From positions 989 to 64,988 of IMG/VR virus record IMGVR_UViG_3300033070_001299: 64,000 bases of DNA; one strand, given 5' to 3'. A program made the position numbers and the translations under genes. Below the pieces are notes generated by a model. That model saw only the letters and a program-made list of their open reading frames with translations, made no database searches and was not told the origin of the DNA. Below, in pieces: positions 25,861-34,882 of the stretch. Within the stretch, counting starts at the first letter, position 1, and every line of letters starts with the position of its first letter. The DNA comes from a virus (Duplodnaviria > Caudoviricetes).

Positions 25861-25889
25861 TTGCGGATTACGCCACCGTGGCGTAATCA
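25861..25889 (+). promoter_or_regulatory. operator-class promoter TTGCGG-17-TAATCA containing a perfect 21-bp palindrome
   Basis: ATTACGCCAC-C-GTGGCGTAAT at 25867-25887. Confidence 0.8.
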
Positions 25890-25991
25890 GACGGGGCCTC
25901 AACAAAGTTCTGCACAACCGCCCACCCCGAGCCATGTAGTGGCAAGGTGGGGAGCACCGACCAAGAGCCCCCACCGCCTGGAGCACCGACC

Positions 25992-26492
25992 ATGCCCCCT
26001 CGCTACACGACCGCCCTCTGCCTTCTCCTCGCCACGTGTGACGACAAGGCCCCCTGCCTCGCCTGCGAGGACAGTGGCGCCGACGACACCGGCACCCCCA
26101 GCGACACCTCGGACACCAGCGAGACCGGGGAGACGGGCGAGACCGGCACCCCCATCGATCCGTGCGACCTGGTGCCGTGCGACACCGCGGACAGCGTGCC
26201 CGTCCAGCTCGAGCAGCCCTTCCTCGGCCCCTACGTCTGGTTCTGCGATGCAGCCCAGGGCGGCGCCACCTACACCGTCGCGCTCGACGTGGAGATCACG
26301 CCCGAGGACGCGGCCGCCGCGCTGCTGGAGACGGTCTACGACGTGGCCTATGCCGAGGACGCGGGCCTGCCCCCCGCGGTGATCACCACGGGCGTCCCCC
26401 AGGACCCCGACGGGCGGCCCCTGCTGACCTGCACCTGGGACGCCGAGCTGGCCCTGTTCCGCGAGGAGCGGCTGACCTTGCGCGGCGGGTAG
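25992..26492 (+). CDS. putative lipoprotein (moron) with D/T/G/E low-complexity stalk
   Basis: MPPRYTTALCLLLATC signal/lipobox-like; DTGTPSDTSDTSETGETGETG. Confidence 0.65.
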   Translation: MPPRYTTALCLLLATCDDKAPCLACEDSGADDTGTPSDTSDTSETGETGETGTPIDPCDLVPCDTADSVPVQLEQPFLGPYVWFCDAAQGGATYTVALDVEITPEDAAAALLETVYDVAYAEDAGLPPAVITTGVPQDPDGRPLLTCTWDAELALFREERLTLRGG

Positions 26493-26506
26493 GCAGCCGC
26501 TACCCT
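26478..26506 (+). promoter_or_regulatory. late-type promoter TTGCGC-17-TACCCT
   Basis: Restarts baseplate genes; ATG only 8 nt after the -10 box. Confidence 0.55.
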
Positions 26507-26513
26507 GGAGGCC

Positions 26514-26957
26514 ATGAGCACGCCAACCCCGACCGGCTACGACATCGGCCTCGGCGAGGACGGGGACCTCCCCGTCCGGGCGCGCTTCATCACTGGCCTC
26601 GACCTGATCGCCCAGCGCGTGGGCCGCCGCCTGCGCGCCTTCTATGGGGAGTGGTTCGCCGACCTCACCTTCGGCCTTCCCTTCTGGGACTGGATCGCGC
26701 AGAAGCCGCCGCGCGTGGCGGAGATCGGCGCCCTGGTGCGCCGCGCCATCGAGACGACCCCGGGCGTGGTGCGCGTGGACGACTGGACGGGCGAGCTGGA
26801 CCGCGACACGCGGACGCTCACCTACTCGGGCACGATCCGCACCGAGCTCGGCGACGTGGCCGCCACCCTCCTCCCCCTCGGCGCCCCCGGCGCCGGCAAC
26901 CGACAGCCGGCCTACCGGCTGCTGCTGCGCCCCAGGCGCATCGCCCCCGCGAGCTGA
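26514..26957 (+). CDS. baseplate wedge protein (gp25/DUF2634-like)
   Basis: IAQRV.RRL..F.GEWF.D..FGLPF, I..TPGV. Confidence 0.8.
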   Translation: MSTPTPTGYDIGLGEDGDLPVRARFITGLDLIAQRVGRRLRAFYGEWFADLTFGLPFWDWIAQKPPRVAEIGALVRRAIETTPGVVRVDDWTGELDRDTRTLTYSGTIRTELGDVAATLLPLGAPGAGNRQPAYRLLLRPRRIAPAS

Positions 26958-26960
26958 ACC

Positions 26961-28127
26961 ATGCCCGACTATGGGATCTCCGACGAGGGCTACACCGCGC
27001 CGCGCGCCGCGGACTTTCTCACTCTGATTCGCTCGGCCTTCGAGGAGCGGACGGGGCTGGTGATCGAGTGGGAGAACGACACCTTCCTCGGGGCCCTGTC
27101 CGCCATCATGGCCGATCAGCTCGGGGACCTCGCCGAGGCTTCGCAGGCGGTCTATGACGCCTTCGACGTGAACAACGCCACCGGCCTCCAGCTCGACAAC
27201 CTGGCGCTCCTGGTCGGCGTGACGCGCACCGAGGCCACCTACTCGACGGTGCTGCTCACGCTCACCGGCACCAGCGGGACGATCATCCGCGAGGGCGCGC
27301 TGGTGCAGGGTGGCGGGCCGGACGGGACTACGCGCTGGGCCACGACCGCGGACGTGACGCTCAGCGGCGGGACGGGCACCGTGATCGCCCAGGCCGAGGA
27401 CCCCGGCGCCGTGGAGGCCGACGCGGACGAGCTGACGACCATCGTGACCCCGTTCAGCGGCTGGACGGCGGTCACCAACGCCGACCCCGCCACGGCCGGC
27501 GAGGAGCGCGAGAGCGACGCGGCCCTGCGCAAGCGCCGCCAGCAGTCCCTCCAGACCGGCGGGAGCCGGAGCCTCAACGCGATCCGCGCGGCGATCCTGG
27601 CGCTGGACGGCGTCGAGGCGGCCACGGTGATCGAGAACACCAGCATCGTCTCCGCCGTGGTGGAGGGGCTCACCCTGGCGGCGAAGTCCATCGCCGTGAT
27701 CGTCTACCCGTCCACCCTCACGGACGACCAGAAGGCCGGCGTCGCCGAGGCGATCTACGCCACGATCCCCGCCGGGATCAGCACCAACGGGACGGACGTG
27801 ACCGCCACGGTCACCGGGCTCGACGGCTTCTCCAAGACCATCAAGTTCGACTACGCCGACGCCCTCGAGGTGGACGTCGAGATCACGGTGAACCTGGCCG
27901 ACGGCTACGAGCTGGAGGACGTGGAGGAGCCCGTGCAGGAGGCGGTCTCGGACTACTTCCTGACCCTGGGCGTGGGCGACGCCGTGCGGCGCCTGTCCAT
28001 CCTGGCCCTGGTCGCGGCCATCGACGGGATCGACGGCGCCGTGCTGCTGCTCAACGGCGGGGCCGTGGACATCGTGCCCGACACCACCGAGTACCCCACC
28101 CTCGGCACCAACACGGTCGAGGAGTAG
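26961..28127 (+). CDS. baseplate J-like protein
   Basis: ATGLQLDNL, AEDPGAV, G.ERESDAALRKR, IPAGI.T.G. Confidence 0.9.
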   Translation: MPDYGISDEGYTAPRAADFLTLIRSAFEERTGLVIEWENDTFLGALSAIMADQLGDLAEASQAVYDAFDVNNATGLQLDNLALLVGVTRTEATYSTVLLTLTGTSGTIIREGALVQGGGPDGTTRWATTADVTLSGGTGTVIAQAEDPGAVEADADELTTIVTPFSGWTAVTNADPATAGEERESDAALRKRRQQSLQTGGSRSLNAIRAAILALDGVEAATVIENTSIVSAVVEGLTLAAKSIAVIVYPSTLTDDQKAGVAEAIYATIPAGISTNGTDVTATVTGLDGFSKTIKFDYADALEVDVEITVNLADGYELEDVEEPVQEAVSDYFLTLGVGDAVRRLSILALVAAIDGIDGAVLLLNGGAVDIVPDTTEYPTLGTNTVEE

Positions 28128-28130
28128 CCC

Positions 28131-28733
28131 GTGGCCGAGACCAGCCGCGCCAGCACGCAGCTCAGCTACATCCCGGACCACGCGGCCCGCAACGTGAAGC
28201 GGCTGCTCTCGCAGGACTGGGACAAGCCGCGCACCTGCGCCCTCGTGGCGGCGCTGGGCGACGGGGCGCAGGAGCTGGAGGACCAGCTCTTCGCCCTGGT
28301 GATTGACCGCCAGCTCGAGGTCGCAACCGGCGCCCTGCTGGACCAGTGGGGCGGGATCGTGGGCGAGAAGCGCGGCCCCCTGGAGGACCGCGACTACAGA
28401 AAGTTCGTCCAGGCCCGGATCATGGCGAACACCTGCACGGGCACGGTCGACGAGATCCTGGCGATCTGGAAGCTGGTCACCGGCGAGAGCGAGGTGAAGT
28501 ACCTCCCCATGTACCCCGCCGGCTACAAGCTCCAGTGCCTGCGCGACCGCCCCATGTCGCGCCCCGTGCGGCGGCGCGTCCGCCGGATCATGGAGGACGT
28601 CAAGCCGGCCGGCGTCGCCATGGTGCTGATCGAGGCGTACCGCGCGCCCTTCGGCTTCGAGGGCGAGTTGGGCTTCGTAGCGGCGCCGACCGCCTCGGGG
28701 TACGGTGTCGGCAAGCTCTCTCGGGTGTTCTAA
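28131..28733 (+). CDS. baseplate wedge protein (DUF2612-like)
   Basis: ATGALLDQWGGIVG..R...DRDYR.F..ARI. Confidence 0.8.
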   Translation: MAETSRASTQLSYIPDHAARNVKRLLSQDWDKPRTCALVAALGDGAQELEDQLFALVIDRQLEVATGALLDQWGGIVGEKRGPLEDRDYRKFVQARIMANTCTGTVDEILAIWKLVTGESEVKYLPMYPAGYKLQCLRDRPMSRPVRRRVRRIMEDVKPAGVAMVLIEAYRAPFGFEGELGFVAAPTASGYGVGKLSRVF

Positions 28734-30055
28734 TGCCACGACCGACCATCGACCCGCCCACCTGGGCCACCGGCGGAGACGCCGAGATCACCGAGCCCTC
28801 GACGCAGGAGAAGGCCGACGGCTGGGTGCCCGAGGATCTGCCCCCGGCGCAGTATGTCAACTGGTTCTGGAACGCCGTCGGAACCTGGCTGGACTACCTG
28901 TCCGGCGTCGTGGTGGCCTACACCTCGCTCGAGGAGGCGATCACCGACCTGGACGACGGCGAGCTGGGGCTGGTCGACGAGACCGACCGCGCGCTGGTGC
29001 CCGGCGACGTCCGCACCAGCGGCGACACGCAGCCCATGGACGCTCAGTCCATCTGGAGCACCGGCGAGGCCGTGCTGGTCATGATCGAGACCAGCGTGTC
29101 GGCGGGCGGCGCCGCGGTGAGCCGCCGCACCCGGGCGGCGCTCGGGACCAACGTGCAGAGCTACCTCGCGACGAACAGCGGCACGCTGTACCGCGTGGTG
29201 AGCGACGGCTACGTGGTCGTGGCCTGCTACGGCAACACGGTCGAGTGCTGGGAGTGGGACGGGACGCAGCGGTGGGTCTTCGACCACGGGGCGGGCGTCT
29301 ACGACGTGTGCATCTACAACGACCGGGTGTACCTCGTCGGCGGCCTGGACGGGGACGTGTCGTGCCGCTGCCTGGAGCTGGCCGACGGCTCCCAGGTCTG
29401 GGAATTTGACCACGGCGCCACGCTCTACAGCGTGTGCGCGGCCGGGGGCATGGTGATCATCGGCGGCGGGCCCAGCTCGCTCCCGAGCGGCGCCAACTTC
29501 CGCGCGCTGAACGCGGACACTGGCACGGACGCCACCGGCGAGGGCGTCAACGGATCCGACAGCACCCTCCGCCGCTGGAACCAGGTGATCGGCGACGACA
29601 TCAGCCAGGGCCGCCTCTGCACGGACGGCGAGCGGATCTACCTGGGCCACGATCAGGCGGCCGGCGATCCTCACCTCCAGGTGTTCGGGCTCGCCGACGG
29701 CGAGCTGATCAACAGCCTGGACCTCGGCGCCTACACCGTGGGCAGCATCGCCGTCGACCAGCGCTACGTCGTGGTCGGGCTGGCGACCCCCGTGCCGACC
29801 GGGATGGTCGCCTGCTACTGCAAGCGCACCCTGGCGCTCGTGTGGCGATCCCAGGTGGCGAACCTGCGCGCGCCGTCCTGCGTGGACACGGACGGGACGC
29901 GGGTGTTCGCCGGCTTTGAGGGGCTCACCATCGGGGAGACCCTGTTCTACAGCTTCGTGCGGGGCAACCACCCCGAGTACTTCCGGTCCTACGCGGCGGA
30001 CGCCGACGTGGACCTGGCGCGGTCCACCCCGCGCCGCATCAACTGGGAGGGGTAG
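28733..30055 (+). CDS. tail fibre/receptor-binding protein with PQQ-type beta-propeller repeats
   Basis: WAT....ITEP....KADGW....PPAQYVNW N-terminus; DGTQRWVF and DGSQVWEF repeats. Confidence 0.75.
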   Translation: MPRPTIDPPTWATGGDAEITEPSTQEKADGWVPEDLPPAQYVNWFWNAVGTWLDYLSGVVVAYTSLEEAITDLDDGELGLVDETDRALVPGDVRTSGDTQPMDAQSIWSTGEAVLVMIETSVSAGGAAVSRRTRAALGTNVQSYLATNSGTLYRVVSDGYVVVACYGNTVECWEWDGTQRWVFDHGAGVYDVCIYNDRVYLVGGLDGDVSCRCLELADGSQVWEFDHGATLYSVCAAGGMVIIGGGPSSLPSGANFRALNADTGTDATGEGVNGSDSTLRRWNQVIGDDISQGRLCTDGERIYLGHDQAAGDPHLQVFGLADGELINSLDLGAYTVGSIAVDQRYVVVGLATPVPTGMVACYCKRTLALVWRSQVANLRAPSCVDTDGTRVFAGFEGLTIGETLFYSFVRGNHPEYFRSYAADADVDLARSTPRRINWEG

Positions 30056-30058
30056 ACC

Positions 30059-30763
30059 ATGGCCGGAGCCTTCGAGAAGGGCAATCTCCTCTCCATCCTC
30101 GCCGCGGGGCGCAAGCCCCAGTGGGTCGAGCAGACCGGCCACGAGGGGGCGCCGGACAGCACCGGCGACGGCGTGTACCTGGAGAACAGCCTCCAGACCT
30201 ACGTCGTCGTCGAGGTGCGGGAGAACGTGGCCTACCGCACGGCGGTCTTCACCGGCGACGGCCTGGAGCTGGCAAGCGAGATCGACCTCACCTTCGACGG
30301 CAACGCGCTCGTTGTGAGCGGCCCCTTCGACGACACGGCCGCGGCGCTGGCCGCGATCAAGGCCGGCATTGAGGCGGACGGCACCCTGGACGACCTGCTG
30401 ACCGCCACACTCAGCGCGGACGAGACCACGCTCACCATCATCGGCAAGGCCGAGGAGGACTACAGCATCGACCAGGTGAACGCGGTCGGCGGCGGGACGC
30501 TCACCTGCACCGCCGACGCGCTCACCGGCGCCGCCCGCGTCTTCGTGACCATGCGGGAGAGCAACGGCCCGACGAACAAGTGGGTCATGGCCTACGACGC
30601 GGACTACACGCTGGGGCGCCGCGGCTTCGTGGACCGCTTCGCCAGCGGCGGCCAGGACCGCGTCTACGTCGAGATCTACGACCTCGCCGGGCATGCGGAC
30701 GACGGCCCCGAGGTGGTGCAGGCGATCACCGCGGTCTGGATCGGCCCCTGCGTGGTCGAGTAG
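30059..30763 (+). CDS. putative tail/baseplate structural protein
   Basis: Beta-rich; synteny between fibre genes. Confidence 0.6.
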   Translation: MAGAFEKGNLLSILAAGRKPQWVEQTGHEGAPDSTGDGVYLENSLQTYVVVEVRENVAYRTAVFTGDGLELASEIDLTFDGNALVVSGPFDDTAAALAAIKAGIEADGTLDDLLTATLSADETTLTIIGKAEEDYSIDQVNAVGGGTLTCTADALTGAARVFVTMRESNGPTNKWVMAYDADYTLGRRGFVDRFASGGQDRVYVEIYDLAGHADDGPEVVQAITAVWIGPCVVE

Positions 30764-30772
30764 GAGGCGCCC

Positions 30773-32032
30773 GTGCAGGACAACGCCATTGCGCCCCGCG
30801 CGGACACGCGCAACCGCCTCCTCGCCCTGATCGGGGAGGGGCTGGGGGACTACCAGCTCCGCTCGGAGAAGGACGCCGACGGGGGCTACGCGGGCCTCGA
30901 CGCCGACGGGCTGGTATCCGACGCAGCGCTGGGCACGGGCGCGCCCGACGCGACGATGTACCTGCGCGGCGACCGCACCTGGGCGGTCTTCAGCGCCAGC
31001 CTCGACGCGGACCTGGTCGCGCTCGCCGCCCTGTCCAGCACCGGCCTCGCCGCCAGGACGGGCTCGGGGACCTGGGCGACGCGCACCCTGACCGCCCCGG
31101 CCGCGGGGATCAGCGTCGCCAACGGCGACGGCGTGGCGGGGAACCCCACGCTCAGTCTCGCCAACGACCTCGCCGCGCTCGAGGGCCTCGGGACGACCGG
31201 GCTGGCCGTCCGCACGGCCTCGGACACCTGGCAGACGCGGTCGCTCACGCAGCCCGCCGCCGGCCTGACGATCAGCAACCCCGACGGCGTGAGCGGCTCG
31301 CCGACCTTCGCGCTGGCGAACGATCTGGCCGCGCTGGAGGGGCTCGGCGGGACGGGGCTGGCCGCGCGCACCGGGAGCGACACCTGGGCGTCGCGCACGC
31401 TCACCGCGCCCGCGGCGGGGATCACGATCAGCAACCCCGACGGCGTGAGCGGGAACCCGACGCTGGCACTGGCGAACGACCTGGCCGCGCTGGAGGCCCT
31501 CTCTGGAACCGGCCTCGCCGCCAGGACTGGCTCCGACACCTGGGCCAGCCGGACCCTGCAGAACGCCGACGGCCTCCTCTCGCTCACCAACGCCGACGGC
31601 GTGAGCGGGAACCCGGACATCTCCCTGGGGGACAATGGCCTCAAGAAGGCCGTCGTCACCGTCACGAACGCCGAGATCCTGGCGCTGCGTGCCAGCCCGA
31701 AGACCCTGGTAGCCGCGCCCGGGGCGGGAAAGATCCTCGAGCTCGTGGCGGCCTTCGGCTACTGCAACACCGCTGCTGGGGCCTACACCAACCCCCAGCA
31801 GTGCGCGATCCGGGACAACAACAGCACGGGCGCCGTCCGCTCGGGCAGCACGGCGACCAACTTCGTCAACACCACGACCCCGACCTACGCCTACGTGGCG
31901 GCCCAGAACTGCGCGCCCGTGGTGAACGTGCTGCTGTGCCTGCACAACACGGGCGGCTCTGAGATGACCGGCGGCAACGCCGCTAATAGCATGACCTGGC
32001 ATGTCTACTACAGGATCCTGACCCTCCCATGA
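30773..32032 (+). CDS. tail fibre protein with ~4 x 52-aa repeats
   Basis: KDADGGYAGLD motif; repeat NDLAALE..TGL.RT.SDTW..R.LT.PAAG.TISNPDGVSG.PT. Confidence 0.75.
   Translation: MQDNAIAPRADTRNRLLALIGEGLGDYQLRSEKDADGGYAGLDADGLVSDAALGTGAPDATMYLRGDRTWAVFSASLDADLVALAALSSTGLAARTGSGTWATRTLTAPAAGISVANGDGVAGNPTLSLANDLAALEGLGTTGLAVRTASDTWQTRSLTQPAAGLTISNPDGVSGSPTFALANDLAALEGLGGTGLAARTGSDTWASRTLTAPAAGITISNPDGVSGNPTLALANDLAALEALSGTGLAARTGSDTWASRTLQNADGLLSLTNADGVSGNPDISLGDNGLKKAVVTVTNAEILALRASPKTLVAAPGAGKILELVAAFGYCNTAAGAYTNPQQCAIRDNNSTGAVRSGSTATNFVNTTTPTYAYVAAQNCAPVVNVLLCLHNTGGSEMTGGNAANSMTWHVYYRILTLP
30998..31630 (+). repeat. 156-bp coding tandem repeat, about 4 copies
   Basis: 52-aa period in the translation. 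Confidence 0.8.
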
Positions 32033-32616
32033 TCCCCACCTACGCCCAGCTCCAGGCCCTGCTCCGCGCCCACAACTTCGCCTTCTTCGGCGCGGGCGCC
32101 TACAACCTGAATCTCGTCCTGCTGCGCGCCAAGCCCGGCCAGCTCGACGCCTATGACGACCTGCTGGCCTGCGCCTGGATCGGCCAGGACGGCCGGCCCA
32201 GGGCCGAGGCGTGGGCCTGCACGGCCGACCCCGGCCGCGCGCCCCTGGAGGCCCCGCCGCGCGCGGACGGCGTGGCCCAGCTCGCGCTCGGCCAGCACCG
32301 CCGGGCGCTCACCTTCGGGACGCACCGCGGCGCCTACCGCTGCCTCTCGGCCGTGGGCCCGCTCCCCGTGCTGCGCTACCTGTCCGTCGCCGACTTCCTC
32401 GCCGGACGCGGCGCGTCGTCCACCGCCCAGGGGATCCAGGTCCACCGCGCGGGCGAGAAGGGCGCCGTCGCCGTCGGCCCGTGGTCGGAGGGCTGCCCCG
32501 TGCTGCCCCGGCGCGGCGACCTGGAGCAGCTCATGGGCCTGTGCGACGCCCAGGCCGCGGCCGGGTTCGGAGATCGCTTCACGATCACGGTCCTGGAGCG
32601 CCCGAGCGATCTGTGA
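32029..32616 (+). CDS. putative lysin, YkuD/L,D-transpeptidase-like catalytic motif
   Basis: Follows the fibre genes; GIQVHRAG...WSEGCPV (H-x13-S-x-G-C). Confidence 0.6.
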   Translation: MIPTYAQLQALLRAHNFAFFGAGAYNLNLVLLRAKPGQLDAYDDLLACAWIGQDGRPRAEAWACTADPGRAPLEAPPRADGVAQLALGQHRRALTFGTHRGAYRCLSAVGPLPVLRYLSVADFLAGRGASSTAQGIQVHRAGEKGAVAVGPWSEGCPVLPRRGDLEQLMGLCDAQAAAGFGDRFTITVLERPSDL

Positions 32617-32619
32617 TCG

Positions 32620-32670
32620 CTCCGCGTCGGCGTCTGATCGCTTGCGCGTCGCGCCGTGGTGGCGTAGGTT
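32620..32670 (+). promoter_or_regulatory. operator-class promoter TTGCGC-17-TAGGTT
   Basis: Operators at 32652 and 32620. Confidence 0.75.
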
Positions 32671-32709
32671 GACCCCACGCGGGCGATCCAGCCCGCTCAG
32701 GAGCCGACC

Positions 32710-34803
32710 ATGCAGACCATCCAGGCCAGCGCCGCCCAGGTGGGGCGCGATTACAGCAGCCCCAAGGGCGTCGTCGTGACGATCATGGAGCACCTCCCCG
32801 ACGGGCAGGTGCGCGTCAAGAACAAGGCGGGCCGGGAGGCGCTCATCCCCGGCACGCACGTCCTCGTCCTACCCGACGCGCCCTCAGCCAGCGTCGCCGA
32901 TCTGGCGGGCAAGCCGCGCGACGTGCTCGAGCCCGCGCTGGCGGGGCTGTCCGAGGCCGACCTGGACGCGCTGGCCCAGGCCGACACCCGCGCGTGGGTG
33001 CAGCACGCCATCGCCGCCGAGCTGGCGCGGCGCACGCAGGCCGGCCCGGCGCTGGAGCCGACGCGGCCCAGCGACCAGGAGACCCTCCGACGGGCGGTCG
33101 CGTCCGTGGCCCCGGGCGTGCAGGCGGTCCTCCAGGCCGACGCGGCCCAGATCCGCCCCGAGCGCGCCGAGGAGCTGCGCGCCGTGGCCGAGCTGCGCGC
33201 CGCCCTGACCGACCTGGTCGCGTGCGGCGTGACGGTGCTGCCCCCCCACGGGTCGGACACCGAGCGCCGCGAGGTGCGCTGGCTGCTCGATCAGCTCGAC
33301 GAGGTGGTGGCCGACCGGCTGCACCTGAACGCCGACGGCGTGGCCGAGTTCAAGGCGCGGATCGAGGCCGCAAAGAAGCCGACCCCGGAGAAGCCGGCCG
33401 CGACGCCCAGCCGCTCCGCGCTGCTCGACCTGTGTGAGGGCGCGCTGAAGTGGCTCAAGGACCATGAGATCGAGACCTTCGACCTGGAGGGCGAGCCCGG
33501 CCAGACGGTGATCTTCTGGCTGGAGGGGCTCGACGAGGAGCCCACCGAGCGCGTCGCGGCGGCCTGGAACGCGGCCGTCGAGCTGCGCCGGGCGCACGAG
33601 GCCCTCGCCGCCGCCCGACAGGAGGGGCAGGACCAGGGCGCCGCGCAGCAGGGCCGGAGCGCGCCGCGCCGCGTGCGCGAGGCCGACCGCGTGCGCTTCG
33701 AGGAGGAGGGCGCCGCGGCGTGGCGGGACGGCAAGCTGCGCCCCGGCGCCGCGCCCGAGGGCTGGCCGCCGCGCGCGCTCAAGGCCCTGCAGGACGGCTG
33801 GGACCGCGAGGAGGTGGCGGCCTTCGAGCTTGAGCTGCCCGCGCGCCTGTGCGTGCTGCCCCGCCGCGAAGAGGTGCAGGCGCTGGTCGACGGCCTGGGG
33901 ACGCTCGAGGAGGTGGACGCCTGCCTGGCCGAGGTGGCGCGCCGCGGACGCGAGCACGTCGGGCGCGGCGACAACGTGACCGCCGTGCTGGGCCTGGACG
34001 GGCTGCTGCACCGCCGGAGGCTCCAGCTCGCGGGCGCCGGCCCCGCCGCGCTGCCCGACGGCGCCAGCGACGACGACGATCCCATGCCCGGCGGGGACGA
34101 GGACGACCCGATGCCCGGGGACGACGAGGGCGACGACGCGGCGGCCTGGGCCGAGCTGGGCCAGCGCGAGACCTGGATCGAGGAGGGGCCGGACGGCGCA
34201 GTGATCGCCACCGTGGTCGCCGACGAGCCGCCCGAGCTGCTCCGCGAGGCGGCGCCCGCCCCCGCCAACGCCCCCGATCCCAGCGCCGCGGCCGAGAGCC
34301 CGGCCGACTGGCTGCGCCAGCAGGCCGACACCAACGGGACCGGGCTCGGCCCGGACGTGCTGGCCGCCTTCGTGGGGCTGGTCGGGAGCGTGCGCGAGAA
34401 CACCGCGGCGCTCGCCGGCCCCCTGGCCTGGGAGGCGCCGCTGCTGCGCATGGCGCTCCGCTACGAGGAGGCGCACCAGCGCCGCCCGACGATCCTGGAC
34501 CGCCTCCTCGGCCGCCTGCAGCGCGTGGAGGCCGGCGCCAGGCCCGGCCAGCGCAGGCCGCCCGCCGACCCGCCCGCGGAGGCCCCCGTCGCCGCTGCGC
34601 CGCCGGCCCCGCCGACGCCCCCCGTTGAGGACACGCACGGCCTCGAGGGCGACGGGCTCGCCCGCGCCCGCCGCATCCAGGCCAACCTCCGCCGCATGGC
34701 CGACGCCGTGCCCGCGGTCCTGGCCTTCCAGGAGGCGGCCGCGGCCCTGGGCGCCGACGGCGCGAAGATGGACCTGGGCGCTCTCCTCGGCTTCCCCCGC
34801 TGA
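32710..34803 (+). CDS. large mosaic hypothetical protein
   Basis: GGAGCCGACCATG start; typical codon usage; acidic linker and several short helical modules. Confidence 0.75.
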   Translation: MQTIQASAAQVGRDYSSPKGVVVTIMEHLPDGQVRVKNKAGREALIPGTHVLVLPDAPSASVADLAGKPRDVLEPALAGLSEADLDALAQADTRAWVQHAIAAELARRTQAGPALEPTRPSDQETLRRAVASVAPGVQAVLQADAAQIRPERAEELRAVAELRAALTDLVACGVTVLPPHGSDTERREVRWLLDQLDEVVADRLHLNADGVAEFKARIEAAKKPTPEKPAATPSRSALLDLCEGALKWLKDHEIETFDLEGEPGQTVIFWLEGLDEEPTERVAAAWNAAVELRRAHEALAAARQEGQDQGAAQQGRSAPRRVREADRVRFEEEGAAAWRDGKLRPGAAPEGWPPRALKALQDGWDREEVAAFELELPARLCVLPRREEVQALVDGLGTLEEVDACLAEVARRGREHVGRGDNVTAVLGLDGLLHRRRLQLAGAGPAALPDGASDDDDPMPGGDEDDPMPGDDEGDDAAAWAELGQRETWIEEGPDGAVIATVVADEPPELLREAAPAPANAPDPSAAAESPADWLRQQADTNGTGLGPDVLAAFVGLVGSVRENTAALAGPLAWEAPLLRMALRYEEAHQRRPTILDRLLGRLQRVEAGARPGQRRPPADPPAEAPVAAAPPAPPTPPVEDTHGLEGDGLARARRIQANLRRMADAVPAVLAFQEAAAALGADGAKMDLGALLGFPR

Positions 34804-34806
34804 ACG

Positions 34807-34857
34807 CGCCGCGCTGGCGCCGCTGGACTTGCGAGCGGCGCCGCGCTGGCGTAAACT
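34807..34857 (+). promoter_or_regulatory. operator-class promoter TTGCGA-17-TAAACT with two identical operators
   Basis: CGCCGCGCTGGCG at both 34807 and 34839. Confidence 0.8.
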
Positions 34858-34882
34858 ACCCACCACGACAGGAGACCCCGCC

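Noticed and set aside
28733-32032. Diversity-generating retroelement or invertible fibre cassette
   Set aside because: No reverse transcriptase, no template/variable repeat pair, no invertase or inverted repeats seen
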